Assembly: GCA_963775425.1 (NCBI GenBank)
Contig: CAVZJB010000005.1
Span: forward strand, 480,001-544,000
Length of the DNA stretch: 64,000 nucleotides
From: an uncultured delta proteobacterium
GTDB lineage: Bacteria > Myxococcota > UBA727 > VGSZ01
Reading direction: 5' to 3'
Below are positions 1-9,415 of this stretch, one piece after another; within the stretch, counting starts at the first letter, position 1, and every line of letters starts with the position of its first letter. The notes under the pieces were generated by a model, which worked only from the letters and a program-made list of their open reading frames with translations, did not search any database and was not told the DNA's origin. The position numbers and the translations under genes are program-made.

Positions 1-1037
1 AGCACGCCGCGCGCGGCGAGGATGGGGTCGTTTTCCGCGGTGTCCAGGACGAAGTCCACGATCTCGAGGAGGTTCTGCATGGACACGGGGTGGTCGGCGT
101 CGTGCGCCGTGTGCGTGTCGAACGACTCGCTGGTCTCGAGGTGTCCGGCGACGCACGCGCCCGCCGACATCGCGGCGAGGATGGCGGCGGCCTGCGGGAT
201 CACCGGGTTCGTCGACGTCACCGACGACGCCGCGTCGAGCGCCGTCGCCAGCTCGTCGAACTGCGCGAAGACCTCTTCGCTGCGCGCGGGGGCCACCCGC
301 AGGATGCCCGCGACCTCGCGCGGCACCGACGCCGCCTGCGCCCGCCGCTGATCCCGCAGCCGCACGCGCTCGCGGATGAGCGACATGACGCCGTCGTCGT
401 GGAAGCGCCGGGCGCTCGAGGCCACCTGGGCGTTCGGGATGTTGCTGCGCGCGAGGCCGAGCAGCACGTCGACGTTCCCCGCGCGCGTGATGGGAACGAG
501 GCCCTCGGTGTTCACGAAGCCGCCGGTGGTCATGAGCGACATCGGCAGCGTCGCCCCGCGCGAGGCCGCGAACATGCCGGCGAGCGTGGGGATGCCCTCG
601 CGGTTGCTCCCGGTGAACGCGACGCGGGGGCCGATGTCGTGGCTGACCGTGGCGTTGTCGACGCCGTTTACGACGACGAGCCGCTGGCCGTGCTTCGCGA
701 AGAAGTCCTGCGCGTCGTCGCCGACGACGTAGGGGTCCTTGGACACCACGTTGTCGGCGTTGTCGACGACGAGGCTCGGTGCGTAGCGGATCTGCGTGCC
801 CGCCACCGTGCGGATGTCGGCGTCGGCCCAGCGCGTGAACGCCGCGTCCACCTTGGGATCGGTGAGGAAGGTCGGGTCCCACGCGCGCGCGGCCTCGATG
901 GTGACGAGGAGCGGGCCGGTGCTCGAGCCCGAACCGGTGGCGCGGGCGAACCGCCGGCCGCGCCGCGGATCGGGCAGGAACATGGTGGCGGCACCGGCGG
1001 CGGTCACGGCGAGGAGGTCACGGCGGTTGATGCGCAT
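1..1037 (-). CDS. Tat-exported DUF1501-like protein (3' end runs off the window)
   Basis: Not in the ORF track because it has no stop in the window. Manual translation from ATG 1037 gives MRINRRDLLAVTAAGAATMFL (twin-Arg signal), later AWDPTFLTDPK, NGVDNATVSH and ESFDTH. GAGG lies upstream, and it follows a DUF1588-like cytochrome gene, the usual partner. Confidence 0.7.
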   Translation of the reverse strand, partial: MRINRRDLLAVTAAGAATMFLPDPRRGRRFARATGSGSSTGPLLVTIEAARAWDPTFLTDPKVDAAFTRWADADIRTVAGTQIRYAPSLVVDNADNVVSKDPYVVGDDAQDFFAKHGQRLVVVNGVDNATVSHDIGPRVAFTGSNREGIPTLAGMFAASRGATLPMSLMTTGGFVNTEGLVPITRAGNVDVLLGLARSNIPNAQVASSARRFHDDGVMSLIRERVRLRDQRRAQAASVPREVAGILRVAPARSEEVFAQFDELATALDAASSVTSTNPVIPQAAAILAAMSAGACVAGHLETSESFDTHTAHDADHPVSMQNLLEIVDFVLDTAENDPILAARGV

Positions 1038-1105
1038 GGGGTACCTCGAAAACGGCGAAGCGGGCGGGAGGGGCGAGAGCGACGACGACGGCGTGGCGGG
1101 AGGGG

Positions 1106-3868
1106 TTACTCGGTGAAGAAGCGCGGATCCTGGAGCAGGTAGCTGACCACGGCCATCCACGCGCGGATGATGTAGTCGGGGTCGTCGCGCACGACGGCGC
1201 GGCCGTCGGCGGGATACGGCGTCCGCGCCACGTCGAAGCTCGAGGTCGCGCGGCAGTCGGTGGGGAGCTGCGCGGTGGCGTCCCCGGAGGCGATGAGCCC
1301 GCGCCCGCGGGCGAGGACGTCGTCGAACAGCGCCACGCTCGCCTCGAGCTCCTGGTCGCCGTCGTTCACGTCTTCGTCGAGCAGCAGCGCGTGCAGCCGC
1401 TTGAGCTGCGCGCGCACGGCGGCGTCACCGTCGTCGCTGGCGTCGGCCAGCGTGAACAGCTTGCGCTGCGCGGGGTCGGTGACGGCGAAGTCCTGCGGCA
1501 CGCCGATGCACGACATCTCGTTCGACATGCGCTCCACGATGCGCGTCAGCACCGGCGACGGATCGCGGAAGCGCCTGGAGATGGCGTCGTAGTTGATGCC
1601 GCCGAACAGGATCCGGTACTGCTTCACGTCGAGGAGCAGCTTGCTCCCGGTGGGCGATCGGTTGAGCCGGTAGTTGAAGCCGAAGATGGACGCGAGCTTC
1701 CGGTCGAGCTGCTCGGGCGTGATCATCACGCCGCGTCCGACGCCGGCGAGCTCCAGGCCGCGCTTCTCGACGTCGGTGAGGGACGCACCGTCGGCGGAGC
1801 CGGCGCGGAACACCTCGCTGTTGACGATGTCCTTCACGAGGGCCTTCACGCGCAGGCCGTCGTCCCCGGCGAACTTGTGCCGGAGGTCGGACTCGATCTT
1901 GTGCTGGATGGCCACAGCGAGGCTCTTGGCGGCGAAGTCGGGGTCGGCGGCGTCGACGTTGTTGTCGAGCTCGTTGTAGCCGCACAGCCCCTGGAGCACG
2001 GGCATGAGCATCGCCAGCGGGAAGCGCTCGTGCGTCACCACCTGTTGCGCCGCGAACTGCAGCGGATCGCCGCTGCCGTCCCAGGGCGTGTCGAGGAAGC
2101 CCGGCGCGGGCATGTCCTGAAGCTGGGACGCCGGCGCGTTCTTGCGGTACTGCCCGTTGCCCACGAAGTGCTGCCAGAGTCCGGCGAGCGGGTCGACGGC
2201 GGAGTGACACGCCGTGCACGCGACGTACTCCTGCGTGGCCTGCTCGAGGTCGGCGTCGGGGGGCAGCGTGGCCGTGGAGAACTCCGCGAACTTCATCACG
2301 TCGATGTCCAACAAGCGGCGCATGATGAGCGACTGCGCGCGCCCGCGGTTCTTGTTCGACGTCGTCGTCGGCCAGCGGCCGAGCATGGCCTGCGTGGTGA
2401 GGAGGCCGGCGTGTGGGTACTGCACACCGGCGCCGGCGGCGCCGACGTTGTTGAACGCGGTCTTGTGGATCTTGGCGGTGTGCGTCTCGGTGGCGTCGTT
2501 GTTCGGGTTGGTGTCGAACATGGCGGCGCGCTCGGCGTCGGTGAAGCCGTAGAACGTCGCCGACAGCGGCGTGACGATGGTGTGGTCGAGCGTCACCGCG
2601 TCTGAGATGGGGCGGTCGTTCTTCACGATGTCGACGAGGAGGTCGAGCGGCTCGCGGGCGAGCGTCTCGATGAGCGCGTCCTCCTTGCCGGCGCAGTAGT
2701 CGGCCGAGAAGAATTCGCTGCAGCAGTCGTCCGTGGCCGGGTCGCACTGTTGGTTGCGCGTGCCCTCGGGGCCGTAGAAGAAGCGGCGCGTGTATTGCCC
2801 GTTGCGGTTGAGCACGCGGCGGCCGCCCATCTGCTTGGTGAAGCGATCGGTGAGGAACCAGTCGGCATACATCTCGGCGAGGCGCTCGTCGAACGCGGGC
2901 GTCGCCATCAAGGCGTCGAGCTGCTGAGCGAGCGCGTCCTCGGTGTCGGGCATGGACGCGAGATCCTCGGGCGTGGCGACGTCGCCGGTGAGCGCGAGCT
3001 TCGCGCGCGCGTAGGTCTCACGCGGCGACAAGAGCGCCACGCGCGACAGCGCGGCGGCGGCGGGGTCGTCGACGCCGGCGCAGGCGTCCGGGTTTCGCAG
3101 CCGGTTGGCGAACGCCTGGATGAGCCGGTCCTCCTCGCTGCCCGGCGTGATGACGAGGCCGCCCAGGTGGCCCTCGTCGAGCCGCTGCGACGGCTTGGCC
3201 ACGATGCGTGGCAGCGTGTCGCCGTCGGTGGTGGTCTCGTCGATGAGCGCGAAGGGCGTGATGATGTCGACGCTTCGCTGCGCCCAGTCGTCGACGCCGG
3301 GGAACGGCAGCTCGTAGGAGAGCCCGAAGGCGCGGGCGAGGCCGAGCTCGTTGTGGCAGCCCTGGCAGCGCGAGAACACCTTCGGGTACAGCTCCTGCTC
3401 GTAGGCCTGCGCCGCCGTGCGGCAGCCCTCGAACGCGACGGTGATGGTGCTCGTCAGCGCGACGTCGCCGTCGTCGGTGGCGACCACGGCGGAGACGGTG
3501 GCGTCGCCGGTGTCGACGGAGGAGAGCGTGACGGTGGCGTCGCCGGCGTCGTCGCTGACGGTGGGCGTCCCGAGGGTGCCGAGGTCGCTCGCGAAGGTGA
3601 CGGTGAGCCCGGGCAGGGGGTGCCCGGCGGTGTCCACGAGGTGCGCGGTGACGGTGAAGGCGGCGATGCCGTCGGCGGGCAGGGAGCTGCCGGGGTCGGC
3701 GCTCAGGACCGAGGCCTCATCGAACGGGGCCGGCGGGGTGTCTCCCTCGCCCTCGCCCTCGCCCGTGCCTTTCGGGTGGCGGCCGTCGCCGGGCAAGGCC
3801 GTCGAGCACCCCGCGCCAGCGAGGACGAAGAGGGCGCTCGTAACGGCGAGAAGGGGGCGCATGCGCAT
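1106..3868 (-). CDS. Lipoprotein with Big_1 (invasin Ig-like) domain and diheme DUF1592/DUF1588-like cytochrome c region
   Basis: GGAGG precedes ATG 3868; lipobox LAGAGC; short (GE)n linker; Ig-like ADG..FTVTAHLVDTAGHPLPGLTVTF; CQGCH and CTACH; HAGLLT...NRGRA motif. Confidence 0.7.
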   Translation of the reverse strand: MRMRPLLAVTSALFVLAGAGCSTALPGDGRHPKGTGEGEGEGDTPPAPFDEASVLSADPGSSLPADGIAAFTVTAHLVDTAGHPLPGLTVTFASDLGTLGTPTVSDDAGDATVTLSSVDTGDATVSAVVATDDGDVALTSTITVAFEGCRTAAQAYEQELYPKVFSRCQGCHNELGLARAFGLSYELPFPGVDDWAQRSVDIITPFALIDETTTDGDTLPRIVAKPSQRLDEGHLGGLVITPGSEEDRLIQAFANRLRNPDACAGVDDPAAAALSRVALLSPRETYARAKLALTGDVATPEDLASMPDTEDALAQQLDALMATPAFDERLAEMYADWFLTDRFTKQMGGRRVLNRNGQYTRRFFYGPEGTRNQQCDPATDDCCSEFFSADYCAGKEDALIETLAREPLDLLVDIVKNDRPISDAVTLDHTIVTPLSATFYGFTDAERAAMFDTNPNNDATETHTAKIHKTAFNNVGAAGAGVQYPHAGLLTTQAMLGRWPTTTSNKNRGRAQSLIMRRLLDIDVMKFAEFSTATLPPDADLEQATQEYVACTACHSAVDPLAGLWQHFVGNGQYRKNAPASQLQDMPAPGFLDTPWDGSGDPLQFAAQQVVTHERFPLAMLMPVLQGLCGYNELDNNVDAADPDFAAKSLAVAIQHKIESDLRHKFAGDDGLRVKALVKDIVNSEVFRAGSADGASLTDVEKRGLELAGVGRGVMITPEQLDRKLASIFGFNYRLNRSPTGSKLLLDVKQYRILFGGINYDAISRRFRDPSPVLTRIVERMSNEMSCIGVPQDFAVTDPAQRKLFTLADASDDGDAAVRAQLKRLHALLLDEDVNDGDQELEASVALFDDVLARGRGLIASGDATAQLPTDCRATSSFDVARTPYPADGRAVVRDDPDYIIRAWMAVVSYLLQDPRFFTE

Positions 3869-4018
3869 CAGGCAAACCTCCGCATGGCCTGACGATGTCA
3901 CGCGGATCCGCCGCCCCCGCCGCGGCGCCCGGGCGGCGTGACAGAAATGTCCCAGGGGGGCAGCCCCCCGCGCCCGCGCCCGGACGCCGCCGTTTGCACG
4001 CGCGGCCGGAGGAGCGCC

Positions 4019-5254
4019 TCAGGGCTCGGCGCAGACCACGCCCCGCTTGGAGGCGCAGGACACCGCCCGCCACTGGCCCGTGTTGGTGGTTCGCGCGGCG
4101 ATGCAATCCGCCTGGCCCGCGACGTCTACGGGGTCGTTGGCGCCGAAGAACGCCGGGTCCGGCGGGACGCCGTCGGAGGTGAGGAACACGCCGTCGGTGA
4201 CGCTGTCGCTGACGTCGACCCACACGAGCTTGCGCGAGAGGGCGCGCAGCGCCTTGTTCTGCGCGAGCGACGCCGGCAGGACGACGCGCGCGGTGGGCGA
4301 CACCCGCAAGGCGCAGGCGGCCTGGGCGTCGGCGGCCTTGAGGCCCACGGAGAACGTGTCGTTGAGGCGGACGAAGCAGCGGCCCTCGACGAGGATGACG
4401 GTGGTGTCGGCGGGGTGCGGGCAGGCGGTGGCGTGGCAGGTGGCGTCGCAGCCGGGGTCGCCGTCGCACTCCTCGAGGGCGCCGTCGCGGACGCCGTTGC
4501 CGCACCTGGGCACCTCACACAGGGCGCCGCTGCGCCGCTGCCCGCAGTCGATGTCCGCCCACAGCCCGTCGGTGCCGGCGTCGATGCAGCTCTCGGTGAC
4601 GCCCTCGGGCAGGTCCGCGGGCTCTCCGTCGGCGAAGAACTGGCGCACGTTGCCGGGCGGCACCTCGAACGAGTGCGGGAGGAAGCGCGTGACACCGACA
4701 CCGCCGAGGTCGATGAAGTCCTGCATCCCGATGAGCACGCGCACGCCGTCGGGGACGATGTCGGCGACGACGTCCGGCTCGTTCCCGCTCAGGGGCACGG
4801 CGAGCTGCCCGGCCTCGGACGCGCACGTCGCGAGCGCCTGGGCGAGCGTGAGGCTCTCGGTCGGCCGCAAATGATAAAAGCAGCTCCCGGTGTTGGCGCG
4901 GACGCCGTCGACGCCGTCGACGACGGGGCAGGGCCCGTCTCCCTCCCCCTCTCCCTCGCCTTCGCCTTCGCCCTCGCCTTCTCCTTCTCCTTCTCCTTCG
5001 CCCTCGCCTTCTCCTTCCCCTTCTCCCTCGCCCTCTCCTTCGCCTTCGCCCTCTCCTTCCCCTTCTCCTTCGCCCGCCTGGGCCGCGGCGCACACGCCGT
5101 CGACGCAGGCGGCGCCGGCGCCGCAGACGACGTCGTCGGCGCAGGGGATCTCGGCGGAGAAGAGGTGGCACCCGTCGACGCCGATAGCGACCGCCACGGC
5201 GGCGCCGGCGACGGCGACATCGAACAGGCGCGGGCGGCGAGGGGCCGGGCTCAC
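4019..5254 (-). CDS. Secreted/lipoprotein with (GE)22 linker, two C-type-lectin-like domains and a Cys-rich repeat
   Basis: Signal ending VDGC; CADDVVCGAGAACVDGVC; lectin-like A...C...G.LA and W...C....LCE patterns twice; CGNGVRDGALEECD. Confidence 0.7.
   Translation of the reverse strand: MSPAPRRPRLFDVAVAGAAVAVAIGVDGCHLFSAEIPCADDVVCGAGAACVDGVCAAAQAGEGEGEGEGEGEGEGEGEGEGEGEGEGEGEGEGEGEGEGEGEGEGDGPCPVVDGVDGVRANTGSCFYHLRPTESLTLAQALATCASEAGQLAVPLSGNEPDVVADIVPDGVRVLIGMQDFIDLGGVGVTRFLPHSFEVPPGNVRQFFADGEPADLPEGVTESCIDAGTDGLWADIDCGQRRSGALCEVPRCGNGVRDGALEECDGDPGCDATCHATACPHPADTTVILVEGRCFVRLNDTFSVGLKAADAQAACALRVSPTARVVLPASLAQNKALRALSRKLVWVDVSDSVTDGVFLTSDGVPPDPAFFGANDPVDVAGQADCIAARTTNTGQWRAVSCASKRGVVCAEP
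4943..5074 (-). repeat. Coding (Gly-Glu)22 dipeptide repeat
   Basis: 132 bp of 6-bp period with mixed synonymous codons (GGA/GGC/GGG, GAA/GAG). Confidence 0.95.
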
Positions 5255-5931
5255 GGCGACGCGCTCATGCCGTAGGCGAGCGTGCCCGCGCCCGCGATCC
5301 CGAAGACGAACGCACCGACGACGCCCGCGATGCCCACGGCGCGGACGGCCTCATACTCGTCCCGCGTGCGGCCGGCGACCGGCGCGCCGAGGACGTTGTC
5401 GGCGACGAGCGCGGCGGCCGCCGCGGCGGCGGCGACGGCGACGAGCGCGGCGCCGGTGACGGCGGCGCCGACGCCCACTCCGTCGTCGTCGGACCCGCCC
5501 GGCGCGCCGGCGGGGGCCTTGGCGGCGCGCGCGGGCTCCGGCGGCGGCGGCGGCGGCGGGGTCGGCGCCGCGCGCTCCTCCCGCGGCGCGTCGACGGGAG
5601 CGGGCAGACGTGAGCGGGTGTCTTCGAAGAGCCGGAGGATCTTCGGCGAGCTGCCGGCCGGCAGCGTCAGCGTGCTGTCGATCGCGAGCGCCGCCGCGAA
5701 GGCGACGCGCGCGCCGTTTTCGTCGAGGAGCGACGCGCGCGCGAGGCCGAGCGTCAGCCACGCGCGGGCGCGAACGTCGTCGCCCACGGCCGGGTCGGCG
5801 ACGAGGGCGGAGAGATCCGCTTCGGCGTCCTCGAGGCGGAGCGCGTCGAGCGCTGCCTGGGCGTCGGACAGGCGCGCCTCGGGTGAAGCGGTGGGCGCCT
5901 GGGCGAGCACGAGCGCAACGAGCGTCAGCAC
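5251..5931 (-). CDS. TPR-like exported protein with Pro-rich linker and C-terminal hydrophobic helices
   Basis: C-terminal part of ORF 5251..7539. GTG 5931 gives LTLVALVLAQAP; TPR-like AWLTLGLARA...AFAAALAID..L.LP...SPKI; stop overlaps the next start. Confidence 0.65.
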   Translation of the reverse strand: MLTLVALVLAQAPTASPEARLSDAQAALDALRLEDAEADLSALVADPAVGDDVRARAWLTLGLARASLLDENGARVAFAAALAIDSTLTLPAGSSPKILRLFEDTRSRLPAPVDAPREERAAPTPPPPPPPEPARAAKAPAGAPGGSDDDGVGVGAAVTGAALVAVAAAAAAAALVADNVLGAPVAGRTRDEYEAVRAVGIAGVVGAFVFGIAGAGTLAYGMSASP

Positions 5932-6084
5932 ATCGGTATGAGTACCACGCCGCCTCCAGCTCACATCCGGACGAGCGCCGAGGCCGCTTCGCCCCGCGCG
6001 GCCGGCGTCGCGCGCGCCCACGCAAAGCCCTTCGCGACAAGACCCCTCGTGACCGCAGCGTCGACGGGGTACCCTCGACGAGCT

Positions 6085-7335
6085 ATGGGCGCAGGTCCGC
6101 GCGACGGCCACACCCAGACCCTCACCGTGGGCCGCTCCAATCCTGGCGTCGAGCGCGCCTGGGTCCTGCGCGTCATCGACGGACCGGATCGTGGCGCCAC
6201 CGTTCGCTTGAGCGACGCCTCCGTGCTCGTCGGCGCCGCCACCGACGCCGACCTCGTGCTCAAGGACGCCGGCGTCTCGCGTCGCCACCTCGAGCTCGCC
6301 GTCGTCCAGGGCGGCGTGCGCGTGGTCGACCTCGGCTCCAAGAACGGGACGCGGCTCCTCGGCGCGCGCCTGTCCGTCGCCGTCGTCGGCGTCGGCGCCG
6401 AGCTCGTGCTCGGCCAGACCACCTTGCGCGTCGACGACGAGGAGGCGCAGGCCGACGCCGTCGAGGCCACCCGCTTCGGCGCGCTCTCCACGCGCAGCAC
6501 CGATATGGCGCGCGCCTTCGGCATGCTCGGCCGGGCGGCGTCCACGGACGTCCCCGTCCTGCTCGAGGGTGAGGCCGGCACCGGCAAGGGCGGGCTCGCG
6601 CGCATGCTCCACGCGTCGTCGCCGCGCGCCGGCCGCGCCTTCGTGGAGATCGACGTCGAGAGCGCCGGCGCGGGCATCGCCGGCGTGCTGTTCGGCCTGG
6701 GCGATCAAGCGGGGGCGCTCGAGCGCGCGCACGGCGGGACGCTCTTCATCGACGAGATCGGCGCGCTCCCGCCGGAGGTGCAGCCGCTCCTCGCGCGCGC
6801 CGTCCACAGCGGCGTCGTCGTGCGCCCCGGCGACAGGGCCCGCCGCGTCAACGTGCGCGTCGTCACCGCCACCGTGAAGGACGCCGACGGTCAGGTGAAG
6901 GCGGGCCGGCTGCGCGCGGAGCTGCGCGACGTCCTCGCCGTGGTGCGCGTGCGCGTCCCGCCGCTGCGCGAGCGCGTCGCCGACATCCCCGAGCTGGCCC
7001 GCGCGCTCCTCGCCGAGCACGGGCGCAGGGACGCCCTCGACGCCGAGACGCTCGCCCGCCTGGGGCGCCATCGTTGGCCGCTCAACCTGCGCGAGCTGCG
7101 TGCGGTCCTCGGGCGCGCCGTCGCCGCGTCCGGCGACGGGCCGCTCGCGGTGGCGCTCGACGCGCCGGCCCCGTCGGCGTCGCTGCGCGACCAACGGGCC
7201 AACGCCGAGCGCGACGCCCTCGTGGAGCTGCTCGAGAGAAACGGCGGAAACGTCTCCGCCGCCGCCCGCGACGCGGGCTACGATTGGCGGCACCTCCATC
7301 GCTTGCTGAAGAAGCACGGGCTGCGCGGTGGCTGA
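6085..7335 (+). CDS. FHA-domain sigma54-activator-like AAA+ regulator with Fis-type HTH (GAFTGA absent)
   Basis: FHA VSRRH and DLGSKNGT; Walker A GEAGTGK; Walker B LFIDEIG; WPLNLREL; GNVSAAAR HTH. Start could also be 5938. Confidence 0.85.
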   Translation: MGAGPRDGHTQTLTVGRSNPGVERAWVLRVIDGPDRGATVRLSDASVLVGAATDADLVLKDAGVSRRHLELAVVQGGVRVVDLGSKNGTRLLGARLSVAVVGVGAELVLGQTTLRVDDEEAQADAVEATRFGALSTRSTDMARAFGMLGRAASTDVPVLLEGEAGTGKGGLARMLHASSPRAGRAFVEIDVESAGAGIAGVLFGLGDQAGALERAHGGTLFIDEIGALPPEVQPLLARAVHSGVVVRPGDRARRVNVRVVTATVKDADGQVKAGRLRAELRDVLAVVRVRVPPLRERVADIPELARALLAEHGRRDALDAETLARLGRHRWPLNLRELRAVLGRAVAASGDGPLAVALDAPAPSASLRDQRANAERDALVELLERNGGNVSAAARDAGYDWRHLHRLLKKHGLRGG

Positions 7336-8959
7336 GGGGCGCTCCCACCTTCGCCTCGGCGCGCGCATCGGGCGCGGCGGCATGGCCGAGGTCTTCGCCG
7401 GCAAGCTCGTCGGCGTCGCGGGCTTCGAAAAGGAGGTCGCCGTCAAGCGCGTGCTGCCCAAGTACGCCGGCGATCCCGCGTTCCTGTCCCGCTTCCTCGA
7501 CGAGGCGCGGCTGGCGGCGCGGCTGTCGCACCCGAACATCGTCCAGATCTTCGAGCTCGGGCAGGATGCCGGCGACCACTACATCGTGATGGAAGCCGTG
7601 CGCGGGGTGACGCTGCGAATGTGCCTCATGGCGCTCGCCGAGCGCGGCGAGAAGATGCCGCCGGCCATCGCGTTGCACGTCGCGCAAGGGCTGTGCGCGG
7701 GGCTCGCCTACGCCCACGAGCTGTGCGGCGCCGACGGCGCGCCGCTCGGCATCGTGCACCGCGACGTCTCGCCGCAGAACGTGCTGCTCGGCTTCGAGGG
7801 CGCGGTGAAGCTCATCGACTTCGGCATCGCGCGCGCGCGCGACAACGCGGCGTTCACGCAGGTCGGCCGCGTGGTGGGCAAGCCGCGGTTCATGTCGCCG
7901 GAGCAGATCCTCGGTGACAACGTCGACGCGCGCGCCGACGTCTTCGCCCTCGGGCTCGTGCTGTTCGAGATGCTCGCCGGACGCGGGCCGTTCGACGACG
8001 ACAAGGACCCCGCCGAGGCGATCGTCGAGGGGCGCGGCCGCCGGCTCGGGGACCTCGAGCCGTCACTCGAGAAGGACATCGTCGACGTCGTGAAGCGCGC
8101 CACGGCCCGGAGAGCCGCCGATCGCTTCGCGGGCGCGCGTGCGTTCGGCGGCGCCCTCTTGTCGGTGTCGCAGGACCGCACGCGCACGGGGCCGCACGAT
8201 CTCGAGGGGTTGCTCCTGCGGCTGTTCCCGGAGCCGCGCGCGCCGTGGCCGGTGGAGTCGCCGCGCGCGGACAGCGCCGAGCACACCGCCACCGTCGACG
8301 TCCCGCTGCTCCGCGAGATCACGCTCGACTCGGACAGCGGCGACACGCTCCGCGACATGGTCCCCCTGGGCGCCGGCCCCGGGGCCGCCGCGCCGGCGGG
8401 GACGGCCTCGCCGCGCGCGCTCGAGCGCACCGACACGCTGCCGCGCGCGCGCCGCGCCGCCCGCGGGCGCGCCGCCGTCGCCGCCGTCGTCGTCGTCGCG
8501 GCCGCGCTCGTGGTGCTCGCAGCGCTCCGTCCCCGCGCCTCGTGGCTCGCCGTCGCCGACGCCGGCCCCACCGGCGCGATCGTCGCCGCCGGCGCGAACG
8601 TCGCCACCAACGCCGACGCGGGGGCACCCACCGACGCCGGCGCCACACAAGCGGCGCCCACCGCCACAGCCGCGCTCCCCGGGGACGCCGGCGCCATGGA
8701 CTTCGGCCTCGTCGTCGTCGACGCGGGCGCGCGTCACGCGAAGAAGCGCATGGGCCGGCTGGTCGTGGAGACGCGGCCGTGGTCCGAGGTGCGGCTCGGG
8801 GGCAAGCTCCTCGGGATCACGCCGCTCGCCGTGGCGGTGCCCGTGGGCAAGCACGCGCTGCGCCTCGTGAACCCGCCGACCAAGCTCACGCGCACGGTCA
8901 GCGTCACCGTCTCCGAGGACAAGCCCGCGGTGCTGCGCGTCGACCTGCGCTCGCCCTGA
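7328..8959 (+). CDS. Membrane Ser/Thr protein kinase with C-terminal PEGA-like domain
   Basis: GRGGMAEV, VAVK, HRDVSPQN, DFG, MSPE, DVFALG; TM segment; ETRPWSEV..G..LGITPL. Confidence 0.92.
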   Translation: MAEGRSHLRLGARIGRGGMAEVFAGKLVGVAGFEKEVAVKRVLPKYAGDPAFLSRFLDEARLAARLSHPNIVQIFELGQDAGDHYIVMEAVRGVTLRMCLMALAERGEKMPPAIALHVAQGLCAGLAYAHELCGADGAPLGIVHRDVSPQNVLLGFEGAVKLIDFGIARARDNAAFTQVGRVVGKPRFMSPEQILGDNVDARADVFALGLVLFEMLAGRGPFDDDKDPAEAIVEGRGRRLGDLEPSLEKDIVDVVKRATARRAADRFAGARAFGGALLSVSQDRTRTGPHDLEGLLLRLFPEPRAPWPVESPRADSAEHTATVDVPLLREITLDSDSGDTLRDMVPLGAGPGAAAPAGTASPRALERTDTLPRARRAARGRAAVAAVVVVAAALVVLAALRPRASWLAVADAGPTGAIVAAGANVATNADAGAPTDAGATQAAPTATAALPGDAGAMDFGLVVVDAGARHAKKRMGRLVVETRPWSEVRLGGKLLGITPLAVAVPVGKHALRLVNPPTKLTRTVSVTVSEDKPAVLRVDLRSP

Positions 8960-9002
8960 TCGGCGCGGCGGCGCCTCCGGTCGCCGGTCATCTCCGCGCG
9001 GC

Positions 9003-9323
9003 TCAATCCTCGTCGTCGGGCGCGCCGGCCGCGTCGCCGGGGCCGCCCGGGGCGAACCACGCCTCGATGGCCTGCGAGAGGCCGAGCGCCTGCTTGGACG
9101 TCGACAGCGTCAGGTGCTTGTCGACGACGAACCCCTTGCCGCGCTTGCGGTAGCGGCGCACCGACACCTTGGGCGCGCGCCAGCCGCCGGCACCGTCGCT
9201 CTCACGGAACAGGAACGCGATGGTCGCCCACGACGATGACGACGACAGCACCGCCTTGGCGAGCTCCTGCACCTTCACCGCGCCGTCCTCGACGAAGGTC
9301 ACCGTCAGGTCGTCGATGTTCAT
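9003..9323 (-). CDS. Hypothetical protein
   Basis: Protein-like composition, ATG start, fills the gap between genes. Confidence 0.65.
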   Translation of the reverse strand: MNIDDLTVTFVEDGAVKVQELAKAVLSSSSSWATIAFLFRESDGAGGWRAPKVSVRRYRKRGKGFVVDKHLTLSTSKQALGLSQAIEAWFAPGGPGDAAGAPDDED

Positions 9324-9378
9324 GGGCGAAGATCCCGCCCCCCGGCCACCGAGGCAAGCGCGCGGATCCGGGACTTGC

Positions 9379-9415
9379 AGTTCAAGAGGGTGTGAACTAT
9401 GTGAACATCATGAAC
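9379..9415. promoter_or_regulatory. Putative operator AGTTCA-N8-TGAACT plus three TGAAC direct repeats at 9-bp period
   Basis: Inverted repeat at 9379-9398; TGAAC at 9393, 9402 and 9411, overlapping the regulator start codon. Confidence 0.55.

Noticed and set aside
3890-3968. Short palindromes (TGAC-N3-GTCA, GACA-N4-TGTC, G6/C6 hairpin) upstream of the DUF1588-like gene
   Set aside because: The arms are too short to distinguish from chance without comparative data.
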